Positions 39,394 to 50,875 of a stretch of 64,000 nucleotides of DNA are shown here, in pieces. The stretch lies in the IMG/VR virus record IMGVR_UViG_3300029822_000005. The stretch is one strand, 5' to 3'. The notes beneath the pieces were generated by a model. It saw only the letters and a program-made list of their open reading frames with translations, made no database searches and had not been told where the DNA came from. The DNA comes from a virus. The position numbers and the translations under genes are program-made. How positions within the stretch are numbered: position 1 is the stretch's first letter; each line of letters begins with the position of its first letter.

Positions 39394-39687
39394 ATGGCTT
39401 ATAAATATAAAAATGTACATGAAATAGTTAGGAGCAGGGTGTTGGAAGTAGGGGAATTTATAGCTGCAACAGGAACAACAGTTAGGGAAGCGGGGCTAAT
39501 ATTTGGGGTTTGCAAGAGTACTATACATAGGGATTGTAGAGAAAGATTACCTGAAATAGATCCAGTGTTATATAAAGAGGTGGACAAAGCCTTAAATATC
39601 AACAAATTAGAAAGGAATATACGTGGTGGAAAAGCTACTAGAGAAAAGTTTTTGCGTTTAAAGTGTGTAAAATATAACACACAATAA
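39394..39687 (+). CDS. spoIIID: SpoIIID-like sporulation transcription factor
   Basis: TVREAGLIFGVCKSTIHRDCRERLPEIDPVLYKEV...ERNIRGGKATREK matches the SpoIIID pattern (TVR..A..FGVSKSTVHKDL.ERLP.I.P.L..EV...RH.RGG.AT..KY). Confidence 0.88.
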   Translation: MAYKYKNVHEIVRSRVLEVGEFIAATGTTVREAGLIFGVCKSTIHRDCRERLPEIDPVLYKEVDKALNINKLERNIRGGKATREKFLRLKCVKYNTQ

Positions 39688-39769
39688 AATTTTTGTGTAT
39701 AAAATATTGCACAAATACAAATTTTGGTGTATAATATAATAAAGAGTTAGTGAGAGGGGGTGCTAAATT

Positions 39770-39943
39770 ATGAACATAGAAACAAGGGTTGTTAATTGCC
39801 CAGTTCTTATGCCTGCTACATTTCATTCAAGAATGAAGAAAGCTGCAAAAATAGACAATAACAAAACTCTGAAAGAATTTATGATAGATGCAATAGAAGA
39901 AAAAATTTTAAGAATTGAAGAAAACAATAAGCAGGTGGTTTAA
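39770..39943 (+). CDS. Small ribbon-helix-helix-like regulator
   Basis: Manual translation ...MPATFHSRMKKAAKIDNNKTLKEFMIDAIEEKI; TATAAT upstream. Confidence 0.5.
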   Translation: MNIETRVVNCPVLMPATFHSRMKKAAKIDNNKTLKEFMIDAIEEKILRIEENNKQVV

Positions 39944-40711
39944 TTGAAACTTACTTTGTTGGGTTTCCAGCAGCAAAAATTAATCGACAATAAGCTAGAT
40001 ATAAAAGATGCTGTAATACTTAGAAATATCCTAGACAGATATGCTTCTATGAAAATGGAAAGTATTATTGTAGACAATGAAAGATATATCTGGATAAACT
40101 GGAATTCTTTCATGGAAGATATACCTTTAGTTATTAATAATAGAAAAACTCTTGAAGCAAGAATAAAAAAATATTCAGACGAATCTTTTATTTTAAGAGA
40201 AATTAGGCATAGAAAAGACGGAAGGGGTGGAACTTTTGTATATGTCAAACCTACTGAAAAACTCGATAATATCACAGAATATGAAGCATCCCTTAAAAAC
40301 GAGGGATACCACCCCTCAAAAAATAGGGATACCACCCCTCAAAAAATAGGGAACAAAGATCCTTCTATTAAAGATCCTTCTATTAAAGATAATATATATA
40401 CTGAAGATTTTTTAGAGTGGTATGAATCTTATCCGAATAAGTTCAATAAAAGCCGTACTTTTAAAAATTGGCAGAATACTATTAAAAAAGAATCTAAAGA
40501 GAATATAGTAATAGCAACTAATCAGTATGTACAACATATTAAGAAAAATAACATCAAATTACAGTATATTATCAGGAGTACTAATTTTATAGGACAACAT
40601 CAAGAGTATAAAGGATATTTAGAAATGGCAAAAGAAAACAATAAAAAAGAAACTAAAATGGAAGAATTCTTTGGATGCAGAACATGGGATCCAAGTGAAT
40701 TAAATTTATAG
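39944..40711 (+). CDS. Phage replication initiator
   Basis: N-terminal wHTH-like region (YIWINW), repeat linker KDPSIKDPSIKD, FLEWYESYPNK C-terminal domain. Confidence 0.7.
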   Translation: MKLTLLGFQQQKLIDNKLDIKDAVILRNILDRYASMKMESIIVDNERYIWINWNSFMEDIPLVINNRKTLEARIKKYSDESFILREIRHRKDGRGGTFVYVKPTEKLDNITEYEASLKNEGYHPSKNRDTTPQKIGNKDPSIKDPSIKDNIYTEDFLEWYESYPNKFNKSRTFKNWQNTIKKESKENIVIATNQYVQHIKKNNIKLQYIIRSTNFIGQHQEYKGYLEMAKENNKKETKMEEFFGCRTWDPSELNL

Positions 40712-40726
40712 TACAGGAGGTAAGGT

Positions 40727-40951
40727 ATGTTAAGTAAAAAAGCTTTTGAAGATGGAATAGAAATACTTACTACAGAATATGAAGATTTTAAAATGAACGA
40801 AGCGAGAAAAGAATTATGGTATGTATATTTCAAAGATATACCAGATAAAGTATTTCTTTCAAAGGTGAATGTAGTTATAAAGAACTTAAATAGAACTCCT
40901 TTTATGGCAGACATATATAATGCTTATCCAGAAACAGGATATATTGAATAA
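40727..40951 (+). CDS. Helicase loader/inhibitor-like protein
   Basis: LWYVYFKD...PFMADI pattern; between initiator and helicase. Confidence 0.5.
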   Translation: MLSKKAFEDGIEILTTEYEDFKMNEARKELWYVYFKDIPDKVFLSKVNVVIKNLNRTPFMADIYNAYPETGYIE

Positions 40952-40953
40952 AC

Positions 40954-42783
40954 ATGAATGAAATACAATTTGCCGATAGATATTTACAGCCGTATAAAAG
41001 TAGAGGAGATGAAATAAATCCCCGGTTATGCCCATATTGTCAGGGCGGTAGACATCATGATAAATATACTTTTTTCTTAAATACTAAAAAACACACGTTT
41101 ATGTGTCATAGAGGAAGTTGTGGAGCTTCCGGGACTTTTAATGAGTTAGCTAAACTATACAATGAAAGGGCTGATTATATACTTGATATGTATAAGCAAA
41201 GATTTGATATGTTAGAAGAAAAGAAAGAATATAAAAAGCCTGTTATGAAATTGGTTAAGCTATCACAACAGGCCGAAGATTATTTACGGTTAAGAAAAAT
41301 ATCTTTAACCACCGCAACTTATTTTAACATAAAATCAGATACAAACGGAAATATTATTTTCCCATATTATAACGAAAATAACGAACATGTGTTAAATAAA
41401 ATACGAGTGGCAAGAAAATTCGTAAAAGGTAAAGATAAAGCTAAAAGCAAAATTTGGCAAGAGGGTGGCGGCGCTCCCGTACTATTTAACATGAACAGGG
41501 TTGATACTGAAAAACCTATTTTGATCCAAGAGGGAGAATTTGATTGTTTATCTGTTTATGAAGCAGGATATACGAATGTAGTTTCAATTCCATTTGGTAC
41601 CGACGATATGGAGTGGATAAACGAATGTTGGGAGTGGCTAGGGAAATGCAAAGAATTTATCCTATGGTTTGATAATGATATAGCAGGAAGAAAATCCATT
41701 GAAAAAGTAGCGAAAAAACTAGGCATAGATAGATGCAAAAGAGTAAAAGCAGAAGAAAAAGATGCAAACATAGTTTTGTATAAACATGGTTCTAAAAAAG
41801 TATTGGAATATATAGAAAATGCACAATTTTTTCCTATAGATAATCTGTTTAGAATGAGTGATATAAAGAAAAAAGACATTGATAGAATACTGTATGGAGA
41901 TAGATTCCTGGATTATTTTTTAGGTGGTTGTCGTGGCGGGGAACTTGTTATATGGACTGGGAAAAGGGGTGGTGGCAAGAGTACCTTCTTAAACCAAACC
42001 TTGGTTGATACAATAGCTCAAAAAACGAAATGCTTTATATATAGCGGTGAATTGGATAATTCAAAGGTTAAGCAATGGCTTGATAGGCAAATAGCTGGAG
42101 AAAAATATATTGTGAAATTTAAAGATCAATTAACGGGAAGAGAAGAATATGGAGTACACCCAGAAGTTGAAGCATTGTTAAATGAATGGTACAAGGAATA
42201 TCTTTACTGTTATGGCGAGGACGGAAGCGACGATATAGAAACTTTAATTGAAATTATGACATATGGATATAAAAGATATGATATAAGAAGATTTGTAATA
42301 GACAATCTAAAAACATTAAGAACAAGCAGAAAAGAAGACTACTATAGACAACAGGCTTTTATTGTAAACAGACTTAAAAGCTTTGCTAGAAAATATGATG
42401 TGCATATAGATTTAGTTGCTCATCCAAGAAAGACAACAAATGAAATTTTAGAGGATGAAGACGTAGGCGGTGCAACAGATATTATAGATTTAGCAGATGC
42501 CGTAGTTGCCATAGCTAGAATAACAGATAAAATGAGGGAAAAAGCCGAGAGCAAAGAAAAAGAAAATCTTGAAAACAATGATACGGTTATTATTATTCGG
42601 AAAAACAGAGAATATGGAGACGTTGATGTAAAAAGTTTCTATAAATATAGTGCAATAGATAAAAGAATGTTTGCAGAAAAGAATATAAAAAAATATAGTT
42701 GGGAGAAAAAAATTAAAGATAAAGAATTGATTTTTAAAGCCATAATAGAAGACCCTGAAAACGAAGAAGAATGTCCATTTTAA
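40954..42783 (+). CDS. Primase-helicase (Zn finger, TOPRIM, SF4 helicase)
   Basis: CPYC..HRGSC, QEGEFDCL, WFDNDIAG, Walker A GKRGGGKST, VIDNL, VAHPRK. Confidence 0.92.
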   Translation: MNEIQFADRYLQPYKSRGDEINPRLCPYCQGGRHHDKYTFFLNTKKHTFMCHRGSCGASGTFNELAKLYNERADYILDMYKQRFDMLEEKKEYKKPVMKLVKLSQQAEDYLRLRKISLTTATYFNIKSDTNGNIIFPYYNENNEHVLNKIRVARKFVKGKDKAKSKIWQEGGGAPVLFNMNRVDTEKPILIQEGEFDCLSVYEAGYTNVVSIPFGTDDMEWINECWEWLGKCKEFILWFDNDIAGRKSIEKVAKKLGIDRCKRVKAEEKDANIVLYKHGSKKVLEYIENAQFFPIDNLFRMSDIKKKDIDRILYGDRFLDYFLGGCRGGELVIWTGKRGGGKSTFLNQTLVDTIAQKTKCFIYSGELDNSKVKQWLDRQIAGEKYIVKFKDQLTGREEYGVHPEVEALLNEWYKEYLYCYGEDGSDDIETLIEIMTYGYKRYDIRRFVIDNLKTLRTSRKEDYYRQQAFIVNRLKSFARKYDVHIDLVAHPRKTTNEILEDEDVGGATDIIDLADAVVAIARITDKMREKAESKEKENLENNDTVIIIRKNREYGDVDVKSFYKYSAIDKRMFAEKNIKKYSWEKKIKDKELIFKAIIEDPENEEECPF

Positions 42784-42795
42784 AGAGGTGAAGAT

Positions 42796-44170
42796 ATGGA
42801 ATTAGAAGGTTTGAAAGAAAGATATAATAAGGTGTTAGAAAGAGAGAAAAAGGCCGAGAAATGGATGGAAACAGCTCCAATAGCTAAGATAGAAAAATGG
42901 ATGCCAGACTATTTAGAAATAACTAGACAACTAAGTGGTATGATGCAAGAATTTAGGCAGATTACAGGGCGTTCAATGACACAGGAAGAGTGTCTGGAGG
43001 GTCTAAAATGACATTCGATAAGGTTATATCTAAACTAATTAATACTATAGTTGAAGGTATAGAAAGTACAGACGATAAAGAAATTTTAAAGAAGTATCAA
43101 AGGATTTTAGATTTCTTCAATCAGTTCATAGAAAAGAAATAAGGAGATAGGTTATATGGTGTTATTAGAGGAATAAAAAAAGTGATAACTTCTATAAGCT
43201 ATCACCAACCAAGAATATTTGCCAAAACATTCACTTGAATAATACCATATAAACCTATAGAAAGTCAAGAATAGGGGGAATAAATATGGAATTAGAAGAT
43301 TTTAAGTGTTGTAGAGAGTGTAGGGCTAAAGAAACTTGTCAGGCACCTTGTTATAAGTTTCTAAATGCTGCGGAAATGAAAGTTCTGGATAAGAGCGTGT
43401 TCAATCATTCTTTATTTGGAGATAACGGCGAAGAAGTAGCAAGGAAAGCGGAGATTAAATTCAGGGCAACCAAAGAGGAAGTTTTAAGAAAAGCCAAGCT
43501 AAATAAAGAACTAACTTTTAAAATAAGGCAATGGAGATGTGAAGAGGTAGACACTGGGAAAGTAACACAGATAACAGATGCTTTTATAGTCTTAAAATGT
43601 CTTAGATATATAAAAACTATAAATTTCAGAGATATTCTGACTAAAGATGTGGTGATTCTAAATGCCTAATTGTGATTTTTCAGACGTTAAAAAAGCAATA
43701 GAACTATATAACAAATATAAATCTATGAATAGAGCGGCATTGAGTTTTGGGTGTTCTGCAACTAAGTTTAAGAAAATATTAGTTGAAAATGGTGTAGAGA
43801 TAAAGAAACATAAACCACCAAAACTAAATATGCACTTTAGGAATACAAGGATGGGAGGAAAGAAATGAATTTAGAATTTAAAGTTTATAAACTAGAATCT
43901 AAAACAAATTTTGGAAAGATATTAGAAAGACAAGGAATTAAAGAACTGATAATTGTAGGAGCCGAAAACAATGTATATAAAATGCATGATATAAAAGATG
44001 GCCCTCTTCTTATAAAAGGACTGTCAATATTAGATACTGCTTTTATTGTAAATAAAGAAGATTTGAAGCTTAAAGGCGATAAAGTATCTCATGAAACTTG
44101 TGAGCTGGATATACCCAAAGAATACTTAAGCATGGAGATTATAGAGGAAATTCAGAGGTTAAATAAATAA
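42796..44170 (+). other. Small hypothetical ORFs (42796..43011, 43286..43669, 43662..43868, 43865..44170)
   Basis: ORF track and SDs. Confidence 0.5.
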
Positions 44171-44183
44171 AGGGAGCGAATAG

Positions 44184-44588
44184 ATGGAGAGAGAAATTAA
44201 ATTTAGGGCATGGGATAAGTTAGAGAAAAGAATGGGTGAAGTAAATTATATTAAGTATAGCAAAGTATGGTATACGCATATTTCTGTCAGATTCAAACAA
44301 AAAGAAAAAACTGTTGATGAATGGTTTAATTACTGGAATGAAGATAGATGCAATAATATAATTTTGATGCAGTATACAGGCTTGAAGGATAAGAATGGTG
44401 TAGAGATTTATGAGGGCGATATTGTAAGGATAGATGAAACTGAAGATATAGATGTAGTTGACTGGACAGATGGGAAAGAATATGGCATAGGTTTTGGGTT
44501 ATTTAGTTGTTTTAAATACGAAGTTATAGGCAATATTTATGCTAATCCGGAACTTTTAAAGGAAGGTGAAAAGATTGAGAGAAATTAA
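44184..44588 (+). CDS. YopX-family protein
   Basis: REIKFRAWD...MQYTGLKDKNGVEIYEGDIV...EVIGNIY. Confidence 0.9.
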   Translation: MEREIKFRAWDKLEKRMGEVNYIKYSKVWYTHISVRFKQKEKTVDEWFNYWNEDRCNNIILMQYTGLKDKNGVEIYEGDIVRIDETEDIDVVDWTDGKEYGIGFGLFSCFKYEVIGNIYANPELLKEGEKIERN

Positions 44589-45075
44589 GTTTAGGGCATG
44601 GGATGGACATACAATGTTTCCTGTCAATGTATTAGCGATAGCACCGGTTGGATGGAGTTGTGATGAAGGAGAAGGAGTCAGTTTATTTTATCAACAACAT
44701 ATAAAAGTGATGCAATACACAGGCCTGAAAGATATAAATGGTAAAGAACTATACGAGGGTGACCTATGTAAAGAGGTTGATGAAGAAGGTAAAGAAACAG
44801 GATTCTTATTGCAAATTTTATGGTCAGAAAATTATCAATTCTGCGCAAATGTAATAAAAGGTGGAGTTCTATCAAGAGGGCTATCATTTCCTTTATGGCA
44901 ATGGGATAAATGCAAGGGAAATGCATATAGGCAATTAGAGATTATAGGCAATATCTATGAGGATTCGGAGTTCTTAAATGTATATGTAACTGCTAAAGAT
45001 GAAGATGTAAAGGAAGCTATAGAGAGATGTAATAAAAAGCATGAAAAAACTTTGAAAAGGTTGGAGGAAAATTAA
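44566..45075 (+). CDS. YopX-family protein (second tandem copy)
   Basis: REIKFRAWD...MQYTGLKDINGKELYEGD...EIIGNIYE. Confidence 0.9.
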   Translation: MKRLREIKFRAWDGHTMFPVNVLAIAPVGWSCDEGEGVSLFYQQHIKVMQYTGLKDINGKELYEGDLCKEVDEEGKETGFLLQILWSENYQFCANVIKGGVLSRGLSFPLWQWDKCKGNAYRQLEIIGNIYEDSEFLNVYVTAKDEDVKEAIERCNKKHEKTLKRLEEN

Positions 45076-45559
45076 ACGAGAGAACCATTAGTAAAATTGA
45101 ATAAAAAGGAAACAGAAGAGTTTGAGAATATCGCGAGTATGAATGAGGCACTTGATAGACAATTAGAATCACTGACTGCAACTAGAGCTAAAGTCATTAG
45201 GCAAAAAAGTAAATGGTGGGAAAAGCTTCAATCTCAATATAAAGAAGAGTTAGAGGGTATAGAGCATTTGATATGTAAAGACGGAGCTATATATGAATAT
45301 GAGGAAGAAGAATAATGAGAGTAAGTAAGAATCAACTTAAATGGATTATATTATGTCATTGTGTTGTCAATATAAAAGCAGATGGAGAAATACTGAAATA
45401 TAGGTACTTAAATAATCCAGATAAACCAGGGGAACACGTATGGTTTTGCAATGGAGAAAATACAGGAATGGTCGGAGGACTGGGATTGTTTAAACATCTT
45501 TCAGAAAAGTATAAGAATATAGAAGTGACATATAAAAGGCAATTTTAGGGGGTGAATAT

Positions 45560-46012
45560 TTGAAAGCTATAACAATATTGCAGCCCTTTGCAACTCTTAT
45601 AGCATTAGGAGAAAAGAAATTTGAGACTAGGAGTTGGAAAACAGATTATAGAGGACCACTACTGATACATGCGGGAAAAGGAAAAGCTTATATGTTCTTG
45701 TGTGATATAGAACCTTTTAAAAGTATTCTAAAAAAGCATGGATACGATAAAGACAACTTGCCTCTTGGAAAAATAATTGCAAAAGTAAATTTAAAGAATT
45801 GTAGCCAAATAACAACACCGGGAATATTAGACATAAAAGTTGTATTAAAAAACAAGTGCAAAACTGAAATTACAGGAAATGAATTAGAATTTGGTGATTA
45901 TAGTTCGGGTAGATATGCTTGGAAACTTGAAGATGTTGAAATACTTAAGGAGCCAATACAAGTTAAAGGACAGCAGAGATTATGGAACTATGATTTTAAG
46001 GAGGATAAATAA
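45560..46012 (+). CDS. ASCH domain protein
   Basis: KAITILQPFATLI..GEKKFETRSW...YRGPLLIHAG. Confidence 0.9.
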   Translation: MKAITILQPFATLIALGEKKFETRSWKTDYRGPLLIHAGKGKAYMFLCDIEPFKSILKKHGYDKDNLPLGKIIAKVNLKNCSQITTPGILDIKVVLKNKCKTEITGNELEFGDYSSGRYAWKLEDVEILKEPIQVKGQQRLWNYDFKEDK

Positions 46013-46522
46013 TTGAATTTAAAACAGATGTTAGAAGACCAAAAGAAATTAGATGCTGTAATATTTAAAAATGCAGGAATGGCTGAATATCCATTAAAAA
46101 GCATGAAACTTTCTCTTTTAGTTGAGATAGGAGAACTTTGTAATCAGTGGAAAGGCTTTAAGCACTGGAAGAAACACAAAGAAATTGATAAGGAAAAACT
46201 TTTAGACGAGTTTGCAGATTGTCTCCATTTCGGATTAAGTTTAGAAAATAAACTAAAACAACTAGAAGGAACTGACTTTAGAATAATATTGCCTCCGATA
46301 AATATTGTCAGAGATTTTATAAGCAATTGCAATGAAGGTGATGTGAATTTAATGAGAATATGTGCTTTTGAAAATGCATATAAACAATGTTCAACACTAG
46401 AAAATGTGGTTATCAATATTTTGACAGTAGGAGCTTATTTAGGAATCACGGAAGAAGAAATGGAAACGTCATATTATAAGAAGCACAGAGAGAACTATAA
46501 AAGGCAAGAAGAGGGTTATTAA
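46013..46522 (+). CDS. dut: Dimeric dUTPase (dUTPase_2)
   Basis: LLVEIGELCNQWKGFKHWK, LLDEFADCLHFGLS, YYKKHRENYKRQEEGY. Confidence 0.88.
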   Translation: MNLKQMLEDQKKLDAVIFKNAGMAEYPLKSMKLSLLVEIGELCNQWKGFKHWKKHKEIDKEKLLDEFADCLHFGLSLENKLKQLEGTDFRIILPPINIVRDFISNCNEGDVNLMRICAFENAYKQCSTLENVVINILTVGAYLGITEEEMETSYYKKHRENYKRQEEGY

Positions 46523-46792
46523 ACCCAAAAGGTATAAATGGTTACTAAAATATGGAACGCTCTAAATTTAATGTATTAGAGTTATAGAATACTAATATTA
46601 TGGAGGAGTGAAGATGAGAAAGTTAACAATTATATTTAAGGATAATTCACAGGTTAAATATACGATAAGAGATTCTGTGGCATGGGAACCTTGTTTTGAA
46701 AGACATTCTAAAGGGAGTATGAAAAGTGCTGTATTACAGCAATATCCTAAGAAGAATAACAGGCCTATAGTTTTAATTTAGGAGGAATAAGA

Positions 46793-49216
46793 TTGAATGA
46801 AGAAAAAATAAATAAAGATGCGGCTGAATTAGGGAATTGTATAAAACTAGGCAAGTTAAAAAAAGTTACATTGCCTTGGCATGAGTATTTAAAAGAGAAA
46901 AGACTGTTATTATTTAAACTTGGCGAAGGATACAACTTACTCTCTATAGTTGGAGAAAAAGGAATAAGAGGTTTGTGTAAGTGGTGCTATGAAAATAATA
47001 GAAAAGATTTTGATGATATGGGATATGAAAGCTTAGATGATTGGATAGAGGAATGTGAACTAGGAAATGATGGATTCGGGTTTGGTAAAGATGAAATAGA
47101 GGAATTGGGTGGTATGGAAGAAATAAAAAATACCATTACCACCTAAAATATGCGTGTAGGAGGTGTAAATTTTGAAAAGTGAACAACTTTCAATAATGAA
47201 GGTAATTCAATTTCCTAAGAATCGACAAGTAGAACACAAAATAAGGAACCAAAAACTTGATGTTGCAATAAGAATGTTGGAGTATTTAGTTGATATAGGA
47301 GCAGATTTTCATATTGTGGTGGATGTAGAACATGGCTCGGAATTGTTCACACCAAAACAGGAATGGCGACCTGACACTCAACATGTAATATTGAGTAGCA
47401 ACAAAGAAAAAGTACTAAAGTTGAATGTAAATAATTTAAATTCATCATATTACTGCTTAGAAGGAAATGAACTTGATTAATTGAAGTAAGGAGAAATAAT
47501 ATGGAAAGATGTTTTATAGCAACAGAAGAAAGTAAATGGCTAAAAGATTATAATAGCTACTTAGAAAAAGCCAAGCAGCAGAGGAAATTTATAAACAAGT
47601 TCTTTGAGGAAAAGGGCATAGATGGAGAAAGTTACTTGATTGGTGGTAATGGATTTGTTAATCAACCTTTTGAAAAATGGGAAGAAAAAAACATTACACT
47701 TTCCATTGAACCTACGGAAAATAACTTGAAAAAGTTTGGAAAGATGCTAAATAAGGTTGGCAGACATGGACTATGTAAATTTAGAAAAAATTCCAGTGTA
47801 AATACAGAACTTGCCCAAAGGTGTGTAGATGAGAAGATAGTTATAAATCTATACGAATCAGATATTAGAGATTATTTTAAGGATCTACGCTGCAATAGTT
47901 GCGGTTATCAAGCATTCTTATATAAAGATACCTGGTATATAAAAATTGAAAGTGAGTTTTTAAAAGAAGATGATACACCGGAAGGGTTTCGGGAAATAAA
48001 ACTTAGCGAGTATTACATGGTTAAGGAGAAGAGGGAAGAGGAAAAGAAAGGGAAAGATGATGAACAAAAATAAGTTAAGAAAAGACGATCCGGTATATTA
48101 CAAAGTGATGCTTAATGATTTGTTTAAGCAAGCATTAAATGAAGGGTTAACGGTTCAAGCACAACATTTAAAGAATGGTGTAAAGATTTATTTTAAAGCT
48201 AGTAACGGGGATATATCTGGTGTGAATTTATTGGAGAATGGTAATTGTAAGTGTGAAGACGTATCAAGCAAACCTCGTTGTTATGGGGAAATGGATTGGA
48301 TTTTAAAATATCCAGAAGATAAAACCCCTAATATTTCTATATGTGATTGTGAATTTGTGAATAGCTGCATGAGAATTACAAGAAATAAAGGTAAGGAGGA
48401 ATAAGCTTGTGATAGACAAAGAATACGGTAAATATGTATTGGTTTGTGATGTATGCGGTGAGGAAGTAACTGGATTTGATACTTTTGATAGAGCATTGGA
48501 TTATAAGGATAAAGAAGGATGGAAGAGTAGACGAGGTGAGCAATTGGATTTAAAAGATGGGTTTGTAGATATATGCCCTGCTTGTATAGAAAGGGGAAAT
48601 TAACTTGTGGTTCTGGGTACAACTAATGTCAGAAAAGTATGACTATGATACAGTTAAAAATTGTTGGCTAGGTGAATTTGAAACTGAGGATAAGAACATA
48701 GAAGAAGGAGAGTTTTATATAAAGTTAAATACAGCAGAGGATATTACACAGGTATCTAATTTAGTTGGAGAAAATATTGAAGTTGGAACTTTCTGCGATG
48801 AACCTGTGATAATAATTTAGTTTAAATCTTCTAGGAGGTTAAAAATTATGAAAAAAGAATCTCCACAAAGGCAATTAAAAATATATTCAGATGAAATTTT
48901 AAAAGAAATAGAAATGTGGGAGTATCAATATAAAAATGGATGCAATGATCCTTTTTGGCCGGATGGATGTAATTTAAATTTACTACGAGCCCATGTAATT
49001 AGCTATAAAAAAGATATAAAAAATCTTTGTGATGAAATTGGAATGAGTGTCCCAAAAGAATATTTTTTACCTACTCCACCATATACAGATGCAAATTATT
49101 TTGCCAATCCTGAATCAGAACGAGCAAAAAGAATAAAAAAATATAATTTGTGCGCAAATACAGAAAAGGTAGATAAAGAATCCCTTGAAAACAAGCAAAT
49201 AAGTATATTTGATTAA
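46793..49216 (+). other. Cluster of small hypothetical middle genes
   Basis: ORFs 46793..47146, 47172..47480, 47501..48073, 48057..48404, 48409..48603, 48605..48820, 48848..49216. Confidence 0.5.
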
Positions 49217-49489
49217 TATGTTGCACGGGAGGTGTGAAAGATGAAAAAGTGGGAAGTTAAAGAAGCGTTAACCGATGTTGAAAACATGAATGATAATGAA
49301 CTTTCCATAAATCATAAGTATATAAGAGAAGTAGTACAGGAAGCCTATTGTTTGATAAAAAATTTAGAAAGACAAGTAGGTGAACTGCAAAAAAATTATG
49401 TAATTTAAAATATAAAGACACTAATACAGTAGAATCCTGAAATGAATATAGTATTACTGTATTAGTGAAATAAGAAAGTGGGTGGATGG

Positions 49490-50875
49490 ATGAATTATGA
49501 AGATTTTCTAAAGTCTAAGGAAATTAAATTTCAGTCTAGTGGATTTGAAGTAGATAGAGAAGATTTAAATGAAAATTTATTTAAATATCAAAAAGATATA
49601 ATCCAATGGAGTTTAAGAAAAGGGAAATCGGCAGCGTTTACAGAGTGTGGCACTGGTAAAACTTTAATGCAATTAGAATGGGGAAATAAAGTACATGAGT
49701 ACACCGGGAAAGATATATTAATTTTAGCACCTCTAGCAGTTTCAAAACAGACTAAAAATGAAGGTAGAAAATTCGGGATAGATGTAAATATAGCAGCAAG
49801 TCAAAGTGAAATCAAACCCGGGATAAATATAACCAACTATGAAAAATTGCATAAATTTGATATGAGCAAATTTGTTGGAATAGTCCTAGATGAAAGCTCA
49901 ATCTTAAAATCTTTTTCAGGGAAAATACGAACTGAAATTATAGAAAATTGTAGAAATATTCAATATAAATTAGCGTGTACAGCAACTCCAGCCCCAAACG
50001 ATTTTATGGAACTAGGCAATCATGCGGAGTTTTTAGGAGTTATGACAAGGCAGGAAATGTTATCTATGTTCTTTGTACATGATGGAGGAAATACAAGTCA
50101 GTGGAGATTAAAAGGTCATGCACAAAATAAATTTTGGGAATGGGTTAGTACGTGGGCTACAGTTATGAGAAATCCAGGGGATTTAGGATATGATGATGAA
50201 AAGTTTATTTTGCCTGAATTAAAGATACATGAAATAACTGTAAAAAATGAAGAGGAATTTGATACTCTGATTCCTATGGTAGCTCAAACATTACAAGAAA
50301 GAAGAGCATCAAGAAAAAGCAGCTTGAATAATAGAGTAGCTAGGGCGGCAGAGTTAGCAAATAACTCAAATGAAAGTTGGCTTGTATGGTGCAATTACAA
50401 TGACGAGAGTAAAGCACTTAAAAAAGCTGTAAATGATGGTGTAGAAGTGACTGGAAGTGATACAGATGAACATAAGACAAATTCTATGTTAGATTTTGCA
50501 GCAGGAAATATAAAAGTCTTAATAAGTAAAAGTACAATCTGTGGATTCGGCATGAATTTTCAAAGCTGTCATAACATGATATTTTGCGGATTGAGTGATA
50601 GTTACGAACAATTTTATCAAGCTGTGAGAAGATGCTGGAGGTTCGGCCAAGATAAAGAAGTGAATGTATATATAATCACTGGAGCTAAAGAAATAGCTGT
50701 AATAAATAATATAAAACGTAAGCATAAAGAAGCTCAAACAATGCAAAATGAGATGATTAAATATACCAAAGATATTATGAAACAGAATATAAAATCAACT
50801 TATAAAGAAGTAACGGGATATAATCCAAAAGTTGAAATGATATTACCTGAATGGGTAGGGGGAATGGCAATTTGA
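49490..50875 (+). CDS. SF2 (SNF2-like) helicase
   Basis: FTECGTGKT, VLDESS, TATPAPND, GMNFQ, YQAVRRCWRFGQ. Confidence 0.9.
   Translation: MNYEDFLKSKEIKFQSSGFEVDREDLNENLFKYQKDIIQWSLRKGKSAAFTECGTGKTLMQLEWGNKVHEYTGKDILILAPLAVSKQTKNEGRKFGIDVNIAASQSEIKPGINITNYEKLHKFDMSKFVGIVLDESSILKSFSGKIRTEIIENCRNIQYKLACTATPAPNDFMELGNHAEFLGVMTRQEMLSMFFVHDGGNTSQWRLKGHAQNKFWEWVSTWATVMRNPGDLGYDDEKFILPELKIHEITVKNEEEFDTLIPMVAQTLQERRASRKSSLNNRVARAAELANNSNESWLVWCNYNDESKALKKAVNDGVEVTGSDTDEHKTNSMLDFAAGNIKVLISKSTICGFGMNFQSCHNMIFCGLSDSYEQFYQAVRRCWRFGQDKEVNVYIITGAKEIAVINNIKRKHKEAQTMQNEMIKYTKDIMKQNIKSTYKEVTGYNPKVEMILPEWVGGMAI

Noticed and set aside
44184-45075. Tandem YopX duplication as a novel system
   Set aside because: Multiple YopX paralogs are common in Firmicutes phages.
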